From a virus (Duplodnaviria; Heunggongvirae; Uroviricota; Caudoviricetes): a stretch of DNA of 48,082 bases. The translations under genes and the position numbers were made by a program. Below, one piece after another: positions 43,446-48,082 of this stretch (position 1 is its first letter; every line of letters begins with the position of its first letter). The notes below the pieces were generated by a model. That model did no database searches. It was not told the origin of the DNA and worked only from the letters and a program-made list of their open reading frames with translations. Location: the IMG/VR virus record IMGVR_UViG_3300001199_000003, positions 122,537 through 170,618 of that record. One strand, written 5' to 3'.

Positions 43446-43823
43446 ATGACATTACCACGCTCACAAGCCCAGACTGAAGCCCAAACCGCACTTGATGAAG
43501 TGACAGCCGCTGCTAACGCAAGATTTATTGCAGCTGCCGATATTCAAATCCAAGAGGCCATCGACAAGGGTATGTTTTGGATTAGCGCTACTACCACAGA
43601 TGACATAGATCCAGAGACCGTTTTCCGTCACTATGCGGATCTTGGATATGGCGTGTCATTCCCAGACTACCCCTCGAACCTTGCCTTGCAGCCCGCCGAA
43701 CTATTTGGAGCATATTGGATCAACTTTTGGTCAAACGGCGGTTTTATTCCACGTCTTTTAAGAAAGCCTTACAGGTTACTTATTTCCTGGCATACTCCAG
43801 TGCCTTTTTATCCGTTCCCATAA
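43446..43823 (+). CDS. Orphan plus-strand hypothetical protein (125 aa)
   Basis: Start re-assigned to MTLPR; only plus-strand gene in the right-hand region; stop abuts the convergent gene (TAATTA). Confidence 0.7.
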   Translation: MTLPRSQAQTEAQTALDEVTAAANARFIAAADIQIQEAIDKGMFWISATTTDDIDPETVFRHYADLGYGVSFPDYPSNLALQPAELFGAYWINFWSNGGFIPRLLRKPYRLLISWHTPVPFYPFP

Positions 43824-44084
43824 TTACGCTAAATCCAAATAAAAATCAAAGCTTACAGTTTTTTCTGGTTGACCATTGTGAACTCTGTAATTATCTATGT
43901 TAGAGCGAATAAATTCGTGTAATTTTTCTGGAATCATTTTTTTAACCATTTCTATCCCAGACTGCAATTCTCTACAATAGAGATCGCTTTCAGACCATTT
44001 CCTGTGGCTATTAATTTCTTTCCACATGTCCCACGTCAAATATCTTCTATGAAAAACAATTGTTTCGTAATTATCATCACACAT
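43824..44084 (-). CDS. Hypothetical protein (86 aa)
   Basis: SD GGAG; operon packing. Confidence 0.55.
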   Translation of the reverse strand: MCDDNYETIVFHRRYLTWDMWKEINSHRKWSESDLYCRELQSGIEMVKKMIPEKLHEFIRSNIDNYRVHNGQPEKTVSFDFYLDLA

Positions 44085-44098
44085 ATTATTTATCTCCC

Positions 44099-44290
44099 TT
44101 AATAGTGGCCAATAAGTTCAAAGTTAGCTAAAGAATGCTCTGGATGAACCCAGGCTTCGTACCACTCGTTGTACGCTACAGCGGTTTCTATCATCATGTC
44201 GTCTGGACAGTAGTCCCCAAGAAATTTCCAAATCTTACCATCATCGACGATACAGAAAATATCGAATTCGTCATTGTAGTAGATTCTCAT
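44099..44290 (-). CDS. Hypothetical acidic/aromatic protein (63 aa)
   Basis: ATGA/TAG overlap with the upstream gene. Confidence 0.55.
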   Translation of the reverse strand: MRIYYNDEFDIFCIVDDGKIWKFLGDYCPDDMMIETAVAYNEWYEAWVHPEHSLANFELIGHY

Positions 44291-44742
44291 GCTAACTCTT
44301 TTCGCACTGCGGTAATTAGAGCCTGGATCGTATCTACTTGTCTGATCCCGTATTTTTCACATACAATATCGACATTTCCTTTACGCCAGAAACCTTCTGG
44401 ACAGCAAACAATAATCGTACTCGTGCGAGCAAATAGGCCAAGCTCAAGAAGTGAGATTGGAGACATTGTGGCTGGATCAAAATACATCGCGATCACACGT
44501 GCGTGCTCCAGAGCAGCCAGTTCCCATTCCACTTGCTCGCGGAACTGAGAGTTTTCTTTCACCTGTTCCCAACTCGAATCCCAGTCATCGCGACGAGGAT
44601 TTAGAACCCAACACGGCAAATCAGATAAAGCATTGGTGACTTTGGTTTGCCAATCTACGGCTTTGCCCATTTCGATACTTCCAGCCAAAAAGACAGATGG
44701 ACCATTTGCTGGCAGCTTACCTGGCGCTTTTACGACGATCAT
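44287..44742 (-). CDS. Nucleoside 2-deoxyribosyltransferase-like protein
   Basis: SVFLAGSIEMG.A.DWQ, NPRRDDWD, QVEWEL, SPISLLELG, GFWRKGNVDIVC. Confidence 0.88.
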   Translation of the reverse strand: MIVVKAPGKLPANGPSVFLAGSIEMGKAVDWQTKVTNALSDLPCWVLNPRRDDWDSSWEQVKENSQFREQVEWELAALEHARVIAMYFDPATMSPISLLELGLFARTSTIIVCCPEGFWRKGNVDIVCEKYGIRQVDTIQALITAVRKELA

Positions 44743-44906
44743 TTTTTATCCTTGAAAATATCGTTAATTGATTCATATTTCAATGTCGCTGGAAAATTTC
44801 CAAAACCAGAATAAGTCACTTCAAAATTTAAGCCACATTCGACCAACTCTTTGACATGATCTACGATTTCTTGGTCCGTATTAATCAAAACCTTGTATTC
44901 ATTCAT
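44739..44906 (-). CDS. Hypothetical protein (55 aa): MNEYKVLINTDQEIVDHVKELVECGLNFEVTYSGFGNFPATLKYESINDIFKDKK
   Basis: Hand-translated; fills the gap exactly, with an ATGA overlap to the next gene. Confidence 0.6.
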   Translation of the reverse strand: MNEYKVLINTDQEIVDHVKELVECGLNFEVTYSGFGNFPATLKYESINDIFKDKK

Positions 44907-44908
44907 TT

Positions 44909-45139
44909 TCATTTCATCTTCCTTGTAGCCTTGCGGATTAACGCAATGAATTTTTCAAGATCTTCTTTATTGTCAAAACACATAGTAAGCTCTTCTCCAG
45001 ATGGCTGTCGATCTGGCTGACCTGGGTAGCTTTCTTCGTTATAGATGTTAACAAAATAAGTGCCCCACGATCTGTCTTTACGACAGCTTACTTGGAGTTT
45101 CTGTTTAAGGGGCGCATGTGCTCTAATTATTGTTTCCAT
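44909..45139 (-). CDS. Hypothetical protein (76 aa)
   Basis: SD GAGG; operon packing. Confidence 0.6.
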   Translation of the reverse strand: METIIRAHAPLKQKLQVSCRKDRSWGTYFVNIYNEESYPGQPDRQPSGEELTMCFDNKEDLEKFIALIRKATRKMK

Positions 45140-45584
45140 TTTTCCTCACTTCGTTAAAATATTTTTCGTGTTCTTCTTCATTTACGGCCATATCAATGAT
45201 TTCCATGCAGATGTCGTGATATCCAGCTTTTGCAGCATCTTCAGCAAGATCGTAATATGACGCAGTACCAATCTTTTCCATCAAAGCCGCGATCTTCATC
45301 GGTAAATTCCAGCCAAAGATGAAGCAGGCAAACCCGATACATTTACCGACAGTAATTCCGATAAGATCTTTTACCTTACTAGGTTTGGACCCTACCATTT
45401 CCATCATGACTTCTAAGGCGTAAACGTGCCTAAGCTCGTCCAGTTTGATTTTCTGGATCTGAGCTTTCACATCTAAATTGAACGGGAAATCTGGTAAAGA
45501 CTTCCAATGACCCTCATACGCATGAGCCGCAGCCAGTTCGGCAGCGTGGGCAAATTGGAGACTAGCGCTTAACTTGGTTTTCAT
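45123..45584 (-). CDS. Ferritin-like di-metal carboxylate protein (Coq7/rubrerythrin-like)
   Basis: Four-helix ligand pattern AAE...DELRH...ME...NEEEHE. Confidence 0.8.
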   Translation of the reverse strand: MKTKLSASLQFAHAAELAAAHAYEGHWKSLPDFPFNLDVKAQIQKIKLDELRHVYALEVMMEMVGSKPSKVKDLIGITVGKCIGFACFIFGWNLPMKIAALMEKIGTASYYDLAEDAAKAGYHDICMEIIDMAVNEEEHEKYFNEVRKNGNNN

Positions 45585-45810
45585 CTTTAAAGCACACCAC
45601 AGCAGTATTCTCAGGAACTAACTTCTTGGTCACAAGACGAAGGCGGATCTTTTCGGCTTCCTCTTCAGCAAGCTCCATGAAAGTGGCTTTAACGGTCATG
45701 TTTGCATACGCTCCATGAGAACCGATAATAGCACATTTAAAAATTGAGTCAGGTCGTTTAGGGCTGATAGCGCACGATGTCAATAAAAGAAGCGGTAGTA
45801 GAAATTTCAT
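45562..45810 (-). CDS. Small lipoprotein (82 aa)
   Basis: Start re-assigned to MKFLLPLLLLTS-C (lipobox LTSC); SD GGAGG. Confidence 0.7.
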   Translation of the reverse strand: MKFLLPLLLLTSCAISPKRPDSIFKCAIIGSHGAYANMTVKATFMELAEEEAEKIRLRLVTKKLVPENTAVVCFKDENQVKR

Positions 45811-45829
45811 AAAATCCTCCATTAGGTCA

Positions 45830-45858
45830 AGTATAAGGCAGGAGATAAAATCTGTCAA
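45830..45858 (-). promoter_or_regulatory. Strong sigma70 promoter TTGACA-17-TATACT
   Basis: Consensus -35, 17-nt spacer, -10 with one mismatch. Confidence 0.88.
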
Positions 45859-45876
45859 CGTGTTTATGGCTTCCGA

Positions 45877-45904
45877 GCGAAGCGAGTTGTTGCGCGAAGC
45901 GCAA
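45877..45904 (+). other. Two GCGAAGC mini-hairpin heptamers, the second extended to TTGCGC-GAA-GCGCAA
   Basis: GCGAAGC at 45877-45883 and 45894-45900 in a non-coding gap. Confidence 0.7.
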
Positions 45905-45906
45905 AG

Positions 45907-45932
45907 AACCCGCCCAATTTTTTGGACGGGTT
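45907..45932 (-). terminator. Probable intrinsic terminator after the 377-aa gene
   Basis: Minus strand AACCCGUCCAA-AAAA-UUGGGCGGGUU (11 bp including one G-U) followed by CUUUG. Confidence 0.6.
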
Positions 45933-45966
45933 TTAGAGCTGTAAGTGATTGATATGACGTAGCGCG

Positions 45967-47100
45967 TTATTTAGAGAACTTTGCGTGAACACGAACCTTG
46001 CGATCATCTTCCGAAGTAAAAGATTCAACCGAAACAGTGGTATTTTTTAGATCTTCATTTTGACGTGCAGCAGCTTCATTTACGATTTCACGATTCTGCA
46101 GATAATTCTGAACATACGCTTTACGGCTTGCTTCAGACATTCCCATCTCGATAGAAACTTCTTCGATTTGGTAATTACGGCCGTTCGACAAATGTTGACC
46201 TAATCCGCCTTCAAGATTTTCCGACCTAATTCCAAGTTCGCGTAGTGGCAACTTTGGCATCTTGACCAAACTGTCTAGACCTAGCTCTTTTAGGAGCTTA
46301 TGTTGATCTACAAAAAGGAAACAGAAAAGAGCCTTAGTATGGACGCCCGAACCTACCGTATCGGCAAGGTACAGGGTTGACGGTAACACGATGTGACCTA
46401 GAATAAGGCCTTTATCGGATAGGATCTGGAGATCTTGACGCATAGCTTTAATTGCCAGTTCTTCATCTGGAGCTTCATAAGTGTAGGACAGATATGACGC
46501 AGGGCTTACTCGTCTTTGGATGTACTTTGACGGAATGTACCGTTTTAGTCGAGGAAACCGACTCGCAAAGTGGGCTAGTTTTTGGAAGAATCCAGGACCA
46601 TTTGGAATGTCATAATATTGCATGAGCTGGCAATTCATCTTACGTTTTTCTAAGTCAGCCCTGATTTGGGGCGTCAAAACCTTGGCCGAAACATCGCCAA
46701 CTAGACCGTCCGAGATCTTGAGGGAGTCGGCTAACTCGACTTCTGCAGAGGGCTCGAATTCCAGGATATGATCTTTAACCATCGTGAAAGGGTCAAAACC
46801 AGGCACGCCTAAAATACTTTGAAGAGCACTAACTCGGTAATGAATGATCTTACCATCACCTAGATTTCGCGCATAGCGTAAACTGAGATCGGTCACGGCT
46901 AAAGGTCGCAACACGATCTTAGGCCTAGCGGCAGCACGACACATATCGTCAAGTTCTTTATCGGGGTCGTAGCCTTCCATCGGGTTCAGTTTCTTTTGTT
47001 CCATTTGGTTTCCTTTATTAGAGTTTAAATGTTTAGACTGGTTTTCCACATCTCTACGGCGTTGGTTAAAATAGACCGAGGTCTTGAGGTCCATCGCCAT
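45967..47100 (-). CDS. Hypothetical protein (377 aa; second in-frame start at 47004 gives 345 aa)
   Basis: Long ORF with no recognised motif; both ATG 47100 and ATG 47004 have AAGGA SD sequences. Confidence 0.7.
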   Translation of the reverse strand: MAMDLKTSVYFNQRRRDVENQSKHLNSNKGNQMEQKKLNPMEGYDPDKELDDMCRAAARPKIVLRPLAVTDLSLRYARNLGDGKIIHYRVSALQSILGVPGFDPFTMVKDHILEFEPSAEVELADSLKISDGLVGDVSAKVLTPQIRADLEKRKMNCQLMQYYDIPNGPGFFQKLAHFASRFPRLKRYIPSKYIQRRVSPASYLSYTYEAPDEELAIKAMRQDLQILSDKGLILGHIVLPSTLYLADTVGSGVHTKALFCFLFVDQHKLLKELGLDSLVKMPKLPLRELGIRSENLEGGLGQHLSNGRNYQIEEVSIEMGMSEASRKAYVQNYLQNREIVNEAAARQNEDLKNTTVSVESFTSEDDRKVRVHAKFSK

Positions 47101-47243
47101 TATAGGTCCTTTCTCAGCTTACACTTACAACGCTCACATTGGCCTTGCTTTGGACTCGATAAGCGTAGGTTCCCAAGCTCATCGCGGTAGATGTCCAGGA
47201 TGAACCTATGGTAGCCAAATAAGCAGAGGATTCGAGACAGCAT
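47100..47243 (-). CDS. Small DUF1660-like protein (47 aa): MLSRILCLFGYHRFILDIYRDELGNLRLSSPKQGQCERCKCKLRKDL
   Basis: Hand-translated; ILCLFGYH...CERC pattern; TAATG overlap with the next gene. Confidence 0.65.
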   Translation of the reverse strand: MLSRILCLFGYHRFILDIYRDELGNLRLSSPKQGQCERCKCKLRKDL

Positions 47244-47271
47244 GGTTGGTCCTAGGGTTGGGCATTATGAA

Positions 47272-47343
47272 GGCGGGACCGCTCAGACGCTACCCTGAGT
47301 CCATCGCCTTATCGGGGGCGAGGTGCGCTTACACTACAGTCCC
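47272..47343 (-). ncRNA. Cryptic tRNA-like cloverleaf with non-canonical loops (degenerate anticodon loop CCCGAUAA)
   Basis: GGGACTG-TA-GTGT-AAGC-GCAC-C-TCGCC-CCCGATAA-GGCGA-TGGA-CTCAG-GGTAGCGT-CTGAG-CGGTCCC-G-CC: 7/4/5/5-bp stems in tRNA order; 4 nt downstream of tRNA-Ala. Confidence 0.75.
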
Positions 47344-47347
47344 ATTA

Positions 47348-47423
47348 TGGTGGAGCCTGTCGGGATCGAACCGACGACCTTTAGCTTGCAAAGCTAACGC
47401 TCTCCCAATTGAGCTAAGGCCCC
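47348..47423 (-). tRNA. tRNA-Ala(UGC), CCA encoded
   Basis: GGGGCCTTAGCTCAATTGGGAGAGCGTTAGCTTTGCAAGCTAAAGGTCGTCGGTTCGATCCCGACAGGCTCCACCA; G3:U70 Ala identity pair; TTCGA T-loop; TGATATATCT promoter-like box at 47431-47440. Confidence 0.97.
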
Positions 47424-47445
47424 ATGTGAAAGATATATCACAGTC

Positions 47446-47742
47446 CTATTTGAAACTCTTATTGAAACCATAATAGGCCGATACCGTGCCCGTCACTAGG
47501 CCAAAGAGGGTGCCGGTTAAGAACATGTTCATTAGACCAGTAAGCTCACCACAGTAGCTGTACGGCCCGAGACCAGCCCCACAGAAACCGAACGCGAGGT
47601 AAGTCCCGACTACAGTTCCTGTAACGCACCCCATAACGGCGTAACTCATGGCACGCAGCGTTGGGCTCTTTTCACGGTTAGCTCTCCGGCTTAGGAAGAG
47701 TGAGGTCACGATGGCAAATAGTACGAGGGTGATTGGCTCCAT
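47446..47742 (-). CDS. Glycine-zipper membrane protein (98 aa, about 3 TM)
   Basis: SD AAGGAG; GCVTGTVVGT and GTLFGLVTG motifs. Confidence 0.65.
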   Translation of the reverse strand: MEPITLVLFAIVTSLFLSRRANREKSPTLRAMSYAVMGCVTGTVVGTYLAFGFCGAGLGPYSYCGELTGLMNMFLTGTLFGLVTGTVSAYYGFNKSFK

Positions 47743-47763
47743 ATTGGGCTCCTTTGATACTCT

Positions 47764-47792
47764 ACTATATCACGCGGGGATTAGGGCCGCAA
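47764..47792 (-). promoter_or_regulatory. Sigma70 promoter TTGCGG-17-TATAGT (extended TG)
   Basis: 17-nt spacer; TGA before the -10, as in other promoters of this genome. Confidence 0.7.
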
Positions 47793-48082
47793 GACACATA
47801 TCGTCATGGGTGTGGATTTGTCCTGGATAGACCGACTGGGTGTAGAAAGCTCCTAAGAGGATGGTCCCTCTAGGGGCAAAACCTAGTCGGGACACGGCGT
47901 CACAAGTGAATTCAATAACTTAGGGGCGTTACAGTCCAGGAATTTTTTTAGAAAAAAAATTTAGAAAATATTTTCATCATTACACTATTTCTATATATCC
48001 CAGCGTTTAGTCTGCAAGCCTAATGCCAACCCCGATAACCCAAAAACGCTAGGGATTACGGGGGTTTAACTGACCTCGCTTG

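Noticed and set aside
32816-44742. 2-aminoadenine (Z) genome pathway
   Set aside because: The MazG-like gene alone is insufficient; no PurZ or DatZ (HD) homologue was recognised in the window.
47246-47473. 75-aa plus-strand ORF over the tRNA locus
   Set aside because: Antisense to tRNA-Ala and the tRNA-like element, which explain the sequence.
1-48082. CRISPR array or alternative genetic code
   Set aside because: No regularly spaced repeats seen. TAA, TAG and TGA all end genes at sensible, tightly packed positions, and known enzymes are full length in code 11.

Overview
A 48-kb slice of a large, apparently lytic, contractile-tailed dsDNA phage (myovirus morphology) of a Gram-negative host. 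No capsid, terminase, sheath, DNA polymerase or integrase gene was recognised in the window. The left two thirds (1-32353, mostly minus strand) is a tail module: tape measure, hub, spike, a tube-initiator/LysM/gp25 fusion, a 2187-aa baseplate-J protein, a wedge protein, a tube-fold protein and at least four fibre/decoration proteins built from shared, shuffled domains. It is interrupted by plus-strand islands (lytic transglycosylase, DEDDh exonuclease, lipoprotein metalloprotease), an HNH endonuclease and a CPBP intramembrane protease. The right third is an early/middle region under sigma70-type promoters: nrdA/nrdB, thyX, def, MazG-like, NT5C, nucleoside deoxyribosyltransferase-like, metallophosphoesterase, HAD, SLOG, Rrf2 and ferritin-like genes, many small ORFs and tRNA-Ala(UGC). 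The most striking unexplained signals are: (i) a cryptic tRNA-shaped RNA with four intact stems but non-canonical loops, 4 nt downstream of tRNA-Ala; (ii) a 16-bp hairpin that buries the lytic-enzyme ribosome-binding site and has the -10 box in its loop, as for T4 lysozyme; (iii) an exact TATGATAT-N9-ATG leaderless-promoter geometry at three genes; (iv) a candidate late-promoter motif TGACAATCTTATA; (v) a Cys-free Rrf2 regulator and an RNR beta subunit with a Glu+Tyr metal site. All family assignments come from motif recognition by eye, not database searches.
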